A DNA stretch of 39,591 nt from a bacterium (GTDB lineage Bacteria; JACRDZ01; JAJRWM01), in contig JAJRWM010000100.1 of NCBI GenBank assembly GCA_024276815.1, positions 1-39,591 of the forward strand. Reading direction: 5' to 3'. The notes beneath the pieces were generated by a model, which saw nothing but the letters and a program-made list of their open reading frames with translations, was not told the DNA's origin and made no database searches. A program made the position numbers and the translations under genes. Of the stretch, positions 16,501-23,740 are shown in pieces (the first letter of the stretch is position 1; the number at the start of each line of letters is the position of its first letter).

Positions 16501-18754
16501 CAAAGAAGTTGACAGTCGGGACCGGCGTGGTGAAATCATTGCCCAGGTTAGGTGCGTGCATTTGCAAATAACCGGTGCCCACTATTGCGCGCTGGATGAT
16601 GGTCGTATCAAAAGCCCCCCCAACTGAACTACTGTCATAGCCGGTAAAACGGTAGGAATTGTCCCCCAGCTCAAGCGAAGCCAGAAAAGACCAGGTTGTG
16701 TCCGTCGCGGTATAGTTGGGCAGGTTGAAAGATGTGTCGCTGGAAGAGGAGAGGTAATCCACGCCTATCGAATAGGTGTCGGGAGAACAAATACCCGTGA
16801 TTAGAAAAGTTGAGTCAAAGGTACCATAGACACCGGGAGCGGGCTTGGTGACCGCTAACATCTGCGTGCCGTAACTGATGATCGTAAAAGAATAGTTGAC
16901 GTTTACCTGGTTGCCGCTAAGATCGCTGGCTGTAATCGCTACCGGAACTGTCTGGGCGATAAGAAACAGCGTGTCTCTGAAGACCGTAACATTAAAGCCC
17001 CCGGCTCCGTCGCTAACTATTCCGCTTCCGCTGAAACCGGCCTGAACCACACCGTTCAGGATCGCCGCGGCGCTGTCAACCGTAACATTAATGGTCGTGG
17101 AATCCACTCCTGACAGGTTATCGTCGATTTCAAAATAAACGCTGGCGTTAACGGGAAGGTTGATCGCGCCGTCCGCCGGAATCAGGTTGGTAACGGTCGG
17201 CGGAGCGGTGTCGCCCACATCAACAGTGGTGAAGGAATAGGTTTCGGTCGGCATCGCGTTTGGGGTTGACGCGTAGTCCGAGACATCAACCTGCACGCTG
17301 ATCATTTGGTTGCCGCTGAATGGCGCTGGCGGAACAATGGTGACGTTGTAGCCGCCGGCGTCATCAGAAACCAGTTGACCACTGAAGCCGTTTTGGAAGA
17401 CTCCGTCGCTGATAGCCTGGAGACTGTTCGTCAGTGCGTTAAGCTTAAAGATTCCGTCGGTGGCGGCTTGAGCACTGTCCACCAGCACATTCAGCGTGTT
17501 CAGATTAACGCTGGAGCCAACGTCGTCAATTTCAAAATAAATACTGGTTGCCAGGGGAACGTTAACCGCGCCGGGCGCCGGGTTATGGTTGGTAATCACG
17601 GGGGCGGTTGCGTCGCCGGCCGGCGTGTAGGTAACATCCAGAGTCGCCGGCAACGCCAGGGTGCCCGACGGATGATAAGCATAGAATAAGAAGCTGTTCA
17701 ATCCCGAGGTCAGAGGGTGGGTTAGCGACCAGGTCGTGTCGGAAGCGACATAGCCGGGCAGCTCAAAGGTTGAGTCAAGACTACTGTCATAATCGGACAA
17801 ATAACTTACCACAAATATTCCGGTCGCCGGGTCGGTCGTGCCGCTGATCGTAATTGGCGAACCGGTCGTGACAAAGGGGGTGGTCGCGGGCGCGGTAATA
17901 GTCGGCGCCGGCAAGAGGGTTGAGGAGTCGAAATAAAGGGCTTGCTGGGCCGGCGGTACGTAAGTGCTGTCGGCGCCGATACCAAAAATATTAAACTGGT
18001 TAAAACCGGGAGCTAAATCGTAATCATAGCTCCAGGTGGTGTCCCCGGGTAAATAGGTTCCATTTGGAAACGAGGTTAGCGAGAAGGTCGTGTCCAGGCT
18101 GGGAACGTTGGTTGAGAAATAATTAACCCAGATATCGATCAGGGCCGGGTCGCAAGTGCCGGCGAAAGTGTGGCTTGGCTGACCGGTGAGAACACTGTTA
18201 CCGTTGAAAGGAGCCGTGATCACCGGTGAAGGCGGCCCACCGCCAACCTGGTAAACAAAGATGTTAACCGTGGAAAAATCACCGGTGGTTAAATCAGCGT
18301 AAGCGTTGCCGTAAAGGACGTTTTTATTGTTAAAACCAATTAAAAACACCTCGAAAAAACGATCCGAACCAACCGGGACATCCACCTCAAGCTCCGCGGC
18401 TGTTTGTCCGGGGGGAATATCGATTACCTTATTGATGTTATCAATATCGTCCGCGCTCACTGAAAGCCGGACCGCTTTGACCGGCGGCAAAGTCGCGACC
18501 AGCGTGGTGCCCCCGGCCGTCTTTTTGATTTGCCGCTTGATGTTGATGTTAACTGAAGCGTATCTGGTCGCCGAATGTCCGCCTGCCTGCTCGCTGTTTT
18601 TCGGCCCGCAACCATTAAGCGCGGAGAAGGAAAGAATCAACAAGATTACCAAGGATAAAAGCGGAATCGTTTTATTCCGCCACCGAAGTCGCCGATTATA
18701 TTCAGACGCTTCGTTCAGGTTGGCTGATTCGGGCTTTTTCTTATCAATCAACAT
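13562..18754 (-). CDS. Giant surface/periplasmic lipoprotein: 6 Ig-like modules, 2 SbsA/Big_5-like modules, an FN3-like domain and 14 beta-propeller-type repeats
   Basis: 1732-aa track ORF (GTG 18760). GGGAGG sits 5 nt before ATG 18754. Lipobox-like FSALNGC (Cys51). Repeated P.IT.P...G.CD...TTWS...G.N.F modules. Two APxxTNxxPAxGAxNxP...YFEIDD modules. 14 repeats of the form P.IWGD.VVWED.R.G..DIY.Y.L. Confidence 0.9.
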   Translation of the reverse strand: MLIDKKKPESANLNEASEYNRRLRWRNKTIPLLSLVILLILSFSALNGCGPKNSEQAGGHSATRYASVNINIKRQIKKTAGGTTLVATLPPVKAVRLSVSADDIDNINKVIDIPPGQTAAELEVDVPVGSDRFFEVFLIGFNNKNVLYGNAYADLTTGDFSTVNIFVYQVGGGPPSPVITAPFNGNSVLTGQPSHTFAGTCDPALIDIWVNYFSTNVPSLDTTFSLTSFPNGTYLPGDTTWSYDYDLAPGFNQFNIFGIGADSTYVPPAQQALYFDSSTLLPAPTITAPATTPFVTTGSPITISGTTDPATGIFVVSYLSDYDSSLDSTFELPGYVASDTTWSLTHPLTSGLNSFLFYAYHPSGTLALPATLDVTYTPAGDATAPVITNHNPAPGAVNVPLATSIYFEIDDVGSSVNLNTLNVLVDSAQAATDGIFKLNALTNSLQAISDGVFQNGFSGQLVSDDAGGYNVTIVPPAPFSGNQMISVQVDVSDYASTPNAMPTETYSFTTVDVGDTAPPTVTNLIPADGAINLPVNASVYFEIDDNLSGVDSTTINVTVDSAAAILNGVVQAGFSGSGIVSDGAGGFNVTVFRDTLFLIAQTVPVAITASDLSGNQVNVNYSFTIISYGTQMLAVTKPAPGVYGTFDSTFLITGICSPDTYSIGVDYLSSSSDTSFNLPNYTATDTTWSFLASLELGDNSYRFTGYDSSSVGGAFDTTIIQRAIVGTGYLQMHAPNLGNDFTTPVPTVNFFGDCSSDTVAIIVTHTSASQETTMPVNTFTAYDSSWGHSGITLETGVNYFHFAGYDSSSNVGAFEDIAITLDSTYIAPPVITSPGSGLSVRVAASPVTLAGSCDSTNTVAIFVEKYFLDATLDTTFQITAYAPNSATWTESINLAGSGNYLGVYGVAADSTKSARDVIEIIFDTTVNAPIIVTPYNGVDFSTHQQTWTIDGTCEPDVEAISVNGALIPFTPFSGSWTFDTTLHEGPNSISLLARDDLGNVSPPTSMNIDLKPNPFWALGFDSSVELCWDNLTDPAWDGVLILRKLGDYPGAGPVNGISYNAGSVLGDGDVVYYGSVDSTYNDLGLINQEYYYYQLYPYDIDSNYTYGNPVKRVAAPRSDIKIITNAAFDQQNPRIWGDKVVWEDHRNNSGFDIDVYLYNLSTKTEQNLSNDISWNQAEPAIWGDQVVYSENMDGLYDLYLYDGFYDSTFAIPANSSFSNMTPAIYENNLVYVSNSSAYDYLYKMDLSAPPFVSVEVANDMLGSYNPTLWELSAIYERGTTNQDLFMSDISALSGELAVAASTGIQSSPDLWENSLVWSDNRDGYYDIWYRDLLNTTDTRLQNEPLSQLNPVIFGPLIVWEDYRDATSKAELYMTDLMDTTASEKRLTFTATKNKAKPDIWGEKIVWSQDDGAAAPNWNIYLFDLEPTGEHDLPQPPHNVYGWDIWGDKLVYSDDRNGNPDIFLFDLTTKTEVPVCINSFTQLNPAIYENTVVWEDYREGTADIYYAHKNDFANPVDSGQRVNTVSTGAQEHPDIYGRYVVWQDRRDNPQYDIYYYNLFDSTETLIPGISTTDEYDPRIFRNRVVWVDTRNGDEDIYGFDLAVGGVSYAIVQDTTYNQRKPDVYGNKYIYEEDRLAGKTQIVVFDTTAVDLTFDTTVDHLAPRIFGDRAVWQEDNGVDSDVYLYDLFEGRKLLLTGQKADEINPVINQDKVLYLRRDSASGLGRLHIFDLY

Positions 18755-18776
18755 GCTCACCTCCCGACCTCGACGA

Positions 18777-19895
18777 TTAGTTAAGGTCAGTCCAATCGAG
18801 ACGTATTTTTACCCTGATCTTCTTTCGTTCCGTAGCGCTGGGCGGCAGATCGCGCGGCGGCCCTACGGGCGACCAGGGGGTTGCCCCGAAGGCGTCATCA
18901 GGAAATCCGTCGGGTTTTATCTCCGGGCTTTTGGTGCCATCAGTATTGCCCGTGTCAGGCAGGGCGCCCCCTGAATTGTCTTCAGGGAATAATTCATCCT
19001 CAAAAATTTCCTCAAGCGGCGGCAAGTCTTCCGGGATCAGGTCTTCCAGTTTTTCCTTTTGGTCTTCCCCGGCTTCCTTTACCCCTTCTTCCGGTACGCC
19101 CTCTTCCTTCACCTCTTCACCTGATTCTTCTGTCTGCTCAGTTTTTTTACCTTCTTCAGGCAGTGGCGGACCAGGTTTTTCCTTTATTTCTTCTATCGTC
19201 TCAAGAAGTTTTTTCTGAAAATTTTCTGGGAGGGATTTTATCTCGACCTGGTCGCCCCTTTTGACTAAAAGGCCTAATTGCTTGCCGGCGAAGACAGCAT
19301 GGGAGCGTCCCGGAGCGTCTTTGAAGGAGACTCTCACTTCCCCGGAAGCGACCGAGAGGTCGCCTTTGCCCTGCGGGGTGGAGCGGGCGAGATAAGAGGT
19401 GCCGTAAACGCCCATGACGGCGGTCGGCGTTTCCAGGTTATGAATATCCTGGCGGCGCAGTTTGTTGACCTTGGCCATCACCCGGCCAAAAAAGAGCCTG
19501 AACTTGGAAACTTTTTTGGTTTGCTTCTTCCTGAAAAAGAAGAGGAACCGTTTGCTTTCCCGCGTTTCGGAAAGATCCTTGATCTGAAACAGGGTTGGTC
19601 CGTCAAGCCTCAGTCTTTCGCTGTGAAAGACGATATCCATCCGGGACCTTGCCGGGACGTGGAGAACATCGCCCTTTTTGAGGACATTGCGGACCCGAAG
19701 TTTTTTCCAGAGCCGGTATTTTCGCAGAGAATCCTTGAGGTAGTCGGGCGACTTGTTGTTGCCGGTATAGATATAGGCTCTGCCTCTGACCAGCGTTACC
19801 CGACCGGTGACTTCCCTGGCCAGAGCCGGCGAGTTAATCAGCAAAAGGAAAGCCAGGAACATTCCCCAGAGCCGAAGATTTCTCCTACTATTCAT
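18777..19895 (-). CDS. FecR-domain protein with an acidic/Pro-rich C-terminal region
   Basis: Signal peptide ...LLLINSPALA. FecR-like pattern GRVTLVRG...LKKGDVLHVPARSRMDIVF...LETPTAVMGVYGTSYL...VASGEVRV. aa 233-335 are E/P/D-rich. The stop is 16 nt before the giant gene. Confidence 0.8.
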   Translation of the reverse strand: MNSRRNLRLWGMFLAFLLLINSPALAREVTGRVTLVRGRAYIYTGNNKSPDYLKDSLRKYRLWKKLRVRNVLKKGDVLHVPARSRMDIVFHSERLRLDGPTLFQIKDLSETRESKRFLFFFRKKQTKKVSKFRLFFGRVMAKVNKLRRQDIHNLETPTAVMGVYGTSYLARSTPQGKGDLSVASGEVRVSFKDAPGRSHAVFAGKQLGLLVKRGDQVEIKSLPENFQKKLLETIEEIKEKPGPPLPEEGKKTEQTEESGEEVKEEGVPEEGVKEAGEDQKEKLEDLIPEDLPPLEEIFEDELFPEDNSGGALPDTGNTDGTKSPEIKPDGFPDDAFGATPWSPVGPPRDLPPSATERKKIRVKIRLDWTDLN

Positions 19896-19992
19896 AAGCT
19901 AACTCCGCTCCCCGTATAGCAATTATTAATCCCTTTGTTGTTGAGAGCCGGGCGAACGCCTCTAGATTAAGACAAAGAACGCCCACTTGGTC

Positions 19993-20021
19993 AGTATAGA
20001 GCCAAAGGAGCAGGATGTCAA
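19993..20021 (-). promoter_or_regulatory. Near-consensus sigma70 promoter for the FecR/giant-gene operon
   Basis: On the minus strand: TTGACA (20021-20016), exactly 17 nt, TATACT (19998-19993). About 90 nt upstream of ATG 19895. Confidence 0.55.
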
Positions 20022-20083
20022 TTGGAAATTCCGTGTTGGTGGAAAAGGGAAGGAACATCGTACCCCCCTAAAAACTTTACACT

Positions 20084-20833
20084 CTAGCGGGGAAGAAACC
20101 AGAGCGGGTTTTTCGCTTTTCTTTTATACCTGACCTCGAAATGAAGATGGTTGCCGGTCGAATTCCCGGTTGAGCCGACATAGGCGATGGTCATCCCCTG
20201 TCTAACTTCCTGACCCACCGCCACCAGGTTCTTTTTATTATGGGCATAAACGGTCACATAATTGTTGGGATGCTGAATGATGATAAAATTGCCGTAACTA
20301 AGAGGTTGATAGTCCACGTATGATACCCGACCGCCGGCCGCGGCGACAACCGGAGTGCCGTTAGGCGCGGCGATGTCAATGCCAAAATGGGTGCCTCCAT
20401 GCGAAGCGTAGCGGGAGGTGATCTTGCCTTTTACCGGCCAGATAAAATCAATTTTGTCAGGTTTGCCAAGGCGTTGCAGCGGGGGAAGCGAGCTTAACAA
20501 GGAGGGCTTGCGAACTGTTTTTCGCCGTGAATTGGTTTTGCCGGGGACAGCTTTCAGTCGTTTCTGGCTGAAAGCTGGAGCAATCTGTCTAACCTTGGCG
20601 GCACCCGGGATAAACAACTTTTGACCAACCTTGATGTCGCTTTGATCGTCAAGACGGTTATAGCGGGCTATTTTATCGATATTTACCTGGTAGGCTTTCG
20701 CGATACGCCAAAGGGTCTGGCCTTTGCTCACGGTATGATAAACGCCGCCAACTCCTCCCGGCAACCGTAGCAGATAAACCGGCTGATTGCCGCTTCGAAG
20801 AGCGCAACCGCTGAGAAGCAGGCAACAAAGCAA
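20084..20833 (-). CDS. LysM domain-containing M23 family metallopeptidase (lipoprotein-like)
   Basis: LLLSGC lipobox. LysM YHTVSKGQTLWRIAKAYQVNIDKIARYNRL...GQKLFIPG. M23 motifs HFGIDIAAPNGTPV and GNHLHFEV. Confidence 0.85.
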   Translation of the reverse strand: MLCCLLLSGCALRSGNQPVYLLRLPGGVGGVYHTVSKGQTLWRIAKAYQVNIDKIARYNRLDDQSDIKVGQKLFIPGAAKVRQIAPAFSQKRLKAVPGKTNSRRKTVRKPSLLSSLPPLQRLGKPDKIDFIWPVKGKITSRYASHGGTHFGIDIAAPNGTPVVAAAGGRVSYVDYQPLSYGNFIIIQHPNNYVTVYAHNKKNLVAVGQEVRQGMTIAYVGSTGNSTGNHLHFEVRYKRKAKNPLWFLPR

Positions 20834-20855
20834 GCCCAGAGAGCGTTTGCTGAAA

Positions 20856-21152
20856 TTAGGTATAAGGCGAACCCCGATAAATAATTTTAAAATCTTCGAA
20901 CTCCCCGGTAGCCTGGCTCCAGCTTTCTATCACCTCGGTTACCCGAGCCATCGTCGGGCCGGTCTTAACCTGGCTCAGATAAGCAGTCAAACTTTTCTTA
21001 TCCCCTTCAGCGACTATTTCCACCTCGCCGGCCGGCATGTTTCTTACCCAGCCGGTCAGCCCCAGTTCCCGGGCGGCCGCTTCACCGAAGGCCCTGAAGC
21101 AGACACCCTGCACCCGTCCCTTCACGATCAAATGAATTCTTCCAAGCTCCAC
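20856..21152 (-). CDS. acyP: Acylphosphatase
   Basis: 98 aa. VKGRVQGVCFR and GWVRN signature motifs. Confidence 0.85.
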   Translation of the reverse strand: MELGRIHLIVKGRVQGVCFRAFGEAAARELGLTGWVRNMPAGEVEIVAEGDKKSLTAYLSQVKTGPTMARVTEVIESWSQATGEFEDFKIIYRGSPYT

Positions 21153-21157
21153 CGCGC

Positions 21158-21616
21158 TTACCCCTTACCGTCGGCCAGTTCCAGCGCCAACTCAACAGCG
21201 GCCGCCGGTTTGTCGACCTGGTGAACGCCGGGGATATCCCAGCTGTTGAGACTGATTACGGGAATCTCTGATTTCAGCGCGTAGGCAATTTCCGAGAGCG
21301 TGCCGGTTGAGCCGGCAACAGCGATAACGGCCTGGGCGGAACGGACGACAATGGAGTTTCTGGCATCGCCAATCCCGGTAACGATGGGGTAGTCCACATA
21401 TTGATTAGCGTCCTCCGCCCGCAGGCCGGGTAAAATCCCGATGGTTACTCCGCCTGAGCGCTTAGCGCCCCGACAAGCAGCTTCCATCACTCCTGTTAGG
21501 CCGCCGCACACCAACACCGCGCCGGCGAGAGCGAGCTTTTCCCCTACGGACTCAGCCACTTTAATTTCGGCCGGGCTGGCTTTATGACCGCCGATTACTC
21601 CAATTTGTAAAACCAT
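21158..21616 (-). CDS. TIGR00725-like / LOG-family Rossmann-fold protein
   Basis: 152 aa. IGVIGG...VCGGLTGVMEAACRGA...GILP...AVAGSTGTLSEIA pattern typical of this family. Confidence 0.7.
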   Translation of the reverse strand: MVLQIGVIGGHKASPAEIKVAESVGEKLALAGAVLVCGGLTGVMEAACRGAKRSGGVTIGILPGLRAEDANQYVDYPIVTGIGDARNSIVVRSAQAVIAVAGSTGTLSEIAYALKSEIPVISLNSWDIPGVHQVDKPAAAVELALELADGKG

Positions 21617-22024
21617 GTGAAAGCTCTCCTTTAAAGCGCGGTCAAGTTATAAATTTTGTTAAAGCGTCTTTCAGGCTTACGTAAGGTTTTTGCCGCAGGT
21701 ATATTTTAACTTTAGGTGATTATAAACGATCTCCCACAAGTTTTGCCATGTATCCAGAAACAATATGGAATAGTTCCTTCTCCCGATTATTGTAACAAAA
21801 TTCCAAAAAAATCAGAAAGCGAAAAACCAGCGCGCGGGGCTTTTTCAGGCTTCGCTGAAAAACAGCTCGTCGACAAACAGGCAAAAACCGCCCCCTCGGC
21901 ACCCCCCAAAAAACTTCAAACGGCCTGATCGGTAAGTCCTTTCGTAAACCGGAAAACGCTATCAATTTTGATATTTCAATAGATTAATCAAAGAAGCGAA
22001 TAGCCCTGAGGCTCAGCTTAAAAC

Positions 22025-22053
22025 ATTATCATTTCGCTTAAAACATGGTAAAA
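22025..22053 (+). promoter_or_regulatory. Candidate extended -10 promoter for the PEP-CTERM gene
   Basis: TTATCA (22025-22030), 17-nt spacer ending in TGg, TAAAAT (22048-22053). Implies a leader of about 175 nt. Confidence 0.4.
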
Positions 22054-22234
22054 TCATCCAACCGCCAACGATTTTTAATTTAAACTTAAGAAACCGCCTT
22101 CTTTGAAGGTCGTCATAAACTTCGTTCAGGATTCAGGGAAAAAGGTTTTCCTTCGAAGGGGAAGGAGGAATTTCAGGATTAATTTGGTCGGGCTTTACTT
22201 ATAAAAAAATGTTTTTAGAACAGGAGAAACAAAA

Positions 22235-22918
22235 ATGCTAAGAAATTTTCGCTTCCTTTTTATTGTCGCCTTATCTTCATGCTTGGCGTTGGCCTCGGTA
22301 AGCGCGGCTTCGTTTGTCACTTACAGCGACAGCTCAAGTTTCAACGCAGCGCTGGGCGGCACAGTTCTCAACACCCAGGATTTTAACAGTTATTCACATA
22401 TGGACAATTTGAATGGCGTCGAGTTGCTTCCCGGAGTGACGGTAACGTCCAACATGAGTAATATTGTCGCCTGGCAGGTATCGCAGCCCAATCCAATATT
22501 ATTCGCGTATGATAGCGTTATCCGCAACTCAACGACGGACGCTTACTATGATATTAACCTGGCCTCAGCGTATAATACAGTCCAGTTTACGATAGAAGCC
22601 TGGGACCCCGCCGCTCCCGGGCCGGGCACGATGGAAATTTTCTTTAGCGACGCGACCAGTTCTTCTTTGCAATTATTTCAAACCGGGGCTCATGAAAGCG
22701 ATCCAGTGTTTTTTGGCGTCATATCCGATGCCTCTATTGATAGGATTCGCTGGACTGAAGGTCCGGAAATATACGGTGGTGGCAACGAAGAAACGGGGCT
22801 GGATAATATTAGTGTGGGAAATGTAAACGCTATTCCTGAACCAGCCACGATTTTCTTGCTTGGCGGTGGTCTGTTGGGCATGTTTGGTCTTAAGAAAAAC
22901 AGCTCATCTGAGGCCTGA
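22235..22918 (+). CDS. PEP-CTERM sorting-domain protein
   Basis: Signal peptide. C-terminal IPEPATIFLLGGGLLGMFGLKKN = PEP motif + TM helix + basic cluster. GGAGAAAC RBS. Confidence 0.8.
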   Translation: MLRNFRFLFIVALSSCLALASVSAASFVTYSDSSSFNAALGGTVLNTQDFNSYSHMDNLNGVELLPGVTVTSNMSNIVAWQVSQPNPILFAYDSVIRNSTTDAYYDINLASAYNTVQFTIEAWDPAAPGPGTMEIFFSDATSSSLQLFQTGAHESDPVFFGVISDASIDRIRWTEGPEIYGGGNEETGLDNISVGNVNAIPEPATIFLLGGGLLGMFGLKKNSSSEA

Positions 22919-22930
22919 AGAACTTCTCGA

Positions 22931-22969
22931 AAAAAAGAGGCGTCCTGTTATGGGGCGCCTCTTTTTTTT
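22931..22969. terminator. Bidirectional rho-independent terminator between convergent genes
   Basis: AAAAAAGAGGCGtCC - tgttatg - GGgCGCCTCTTTTTTTT: a GC-rich stem flanked by an A-run and a T-run. Confidence 0.75.
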
Positions 22970-22970
22970 C

Positions 22971-23016
22971 TAACACGTCCCCTCCATATCCATCGCGCGA
23001 GCAGTTCAAGCATTAA
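22971..23016 (-). repeat. Intergenic repeat element, copy 4 (box only; the hairpin position is occupied by the terminator)
   Basis: The reverse complement ttaatGCTTGAACtgCtCGCgCGatggatatggagggga aligns with copy 3 (gcttgaac..ctcgc.cgat.gatatg..gggga). Confidence 0.55.
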
Positions 23017-23104
23017 ATTGCAATATTGGCCTGCGGCGAAAAAATCGTTGCCTGTGTTCGTAAAACGCTCTAAAAGGGGGAGGGTTCTTAATTATTGTCC
23101 TGCA

Positions 23105-23740
23105 TCAATATGGGTTGTCAATAAAGTTAAAGGGACAGCGCAACTCTTTGATCTCTTTAATGATTCTTGCCGGGACGCCGGCGGCGACGACATTCGCCGG
23201 CACGTCTTCCGTGACCACCGCTCCCGCGCCGATCAGGCTGTTTTCGCCTATCGTAATATGAGGCAGGAGTGTCGCGTTCGCGCCAATCTTGGCTCCCCGC
23301 TTGAGATGCGGCCCCTTAAGGCAACGTTTAACCTGCGGACATTGCGGATGAAAAGCGTTGGTGAAAGTGACGGCCGGGCCGATCCAGACATCCTCCTCCA
23401 AAACCGAATACTCCGGGATGAAGACATTGGAATGAATCCGCGCCCTGTTCCCTATTTTTACGTGGTGCTCAATCACCGAGTGAGAACCAATGCTGACCTG
23501 AGCGCCAATCGTGTTGAACTCTCGTATTAAAACGCCATGACCGGTCATAAAATGATCGCCGATTTTGTTGCCGTGATAAATTACCGTATGGGAACGCAGA
23601 ACGGCTTTGTCGCCAATCAGCGTTGAGGGGATTTTATCCCCGGCCTTGATGGAGTGTTCGCCGATGATGACATAGTCGCCGATAACGACATCCTTGCCCA
23701 GTACGACGTTAGGATGGATCCGATAATCTTTACCCGGCAT
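23105..23740 (-). CDS. Hexapeptide-repeat (left-handed beta-helix) sugar N-acetyltransferase, WbpD/WlbB-like
   Basis: 211 aa. Repeated [LIV]G..x hexapeptides throughout. Overlaps the upstream oxidoreductase by 11 nt. Confidence 0.8.
   Translation of the reverse strand: MPGKDYRIHPNVVLGKDVVIGDYVIIGEHSIKAGDKIPSTLIGDKAVLRSHTVIYHGNKIGDHFMTGHGVLIREFNTIGAQVSIGSHSVIEHHVKIGNRARIHSNVFIPEYSVLEEDVWIGPAVTFTNAFHPQCPQVKRCLKGPHLKRGAKIGANATLLPHITIGENSLIGAGAVVTEDVPANVVAAGVPARIIKEIKELRCPFNFIDNPY

Noticed and set aside
18327-19919. 215-aa and 213-aa plus-strand ORFs (18327-18974, 19278-19919)
   Set aside because: They are antisense to the giant gene 5' end and the FecR-domain gene. The minus-strand frames carry signal peptides, FecR motifs and RBSs. 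The plus-strand products are Pro/Ser/Gly-rich mirror images of the acidic region.
20066-20100. Apparent extra repeat copy (ctaaaaacttt ... ggggaagaaacc)
   Set aside because: The two short matches are in opposite element orientations, and the second lies inside the M23 peptidase coding end (KNPLWFLPR*). I treat this as a chance match.
21716-21965. 70-aa (+) and 81-aa (-) ORFs in the long intergenic region
   Set aside because: They overlap each other on opposite strands, have no RBS, and have low-complexity products. Their weak resemblance to translations of repeat copy 2 reflects nucleotide similarity of the repeat, not coding.
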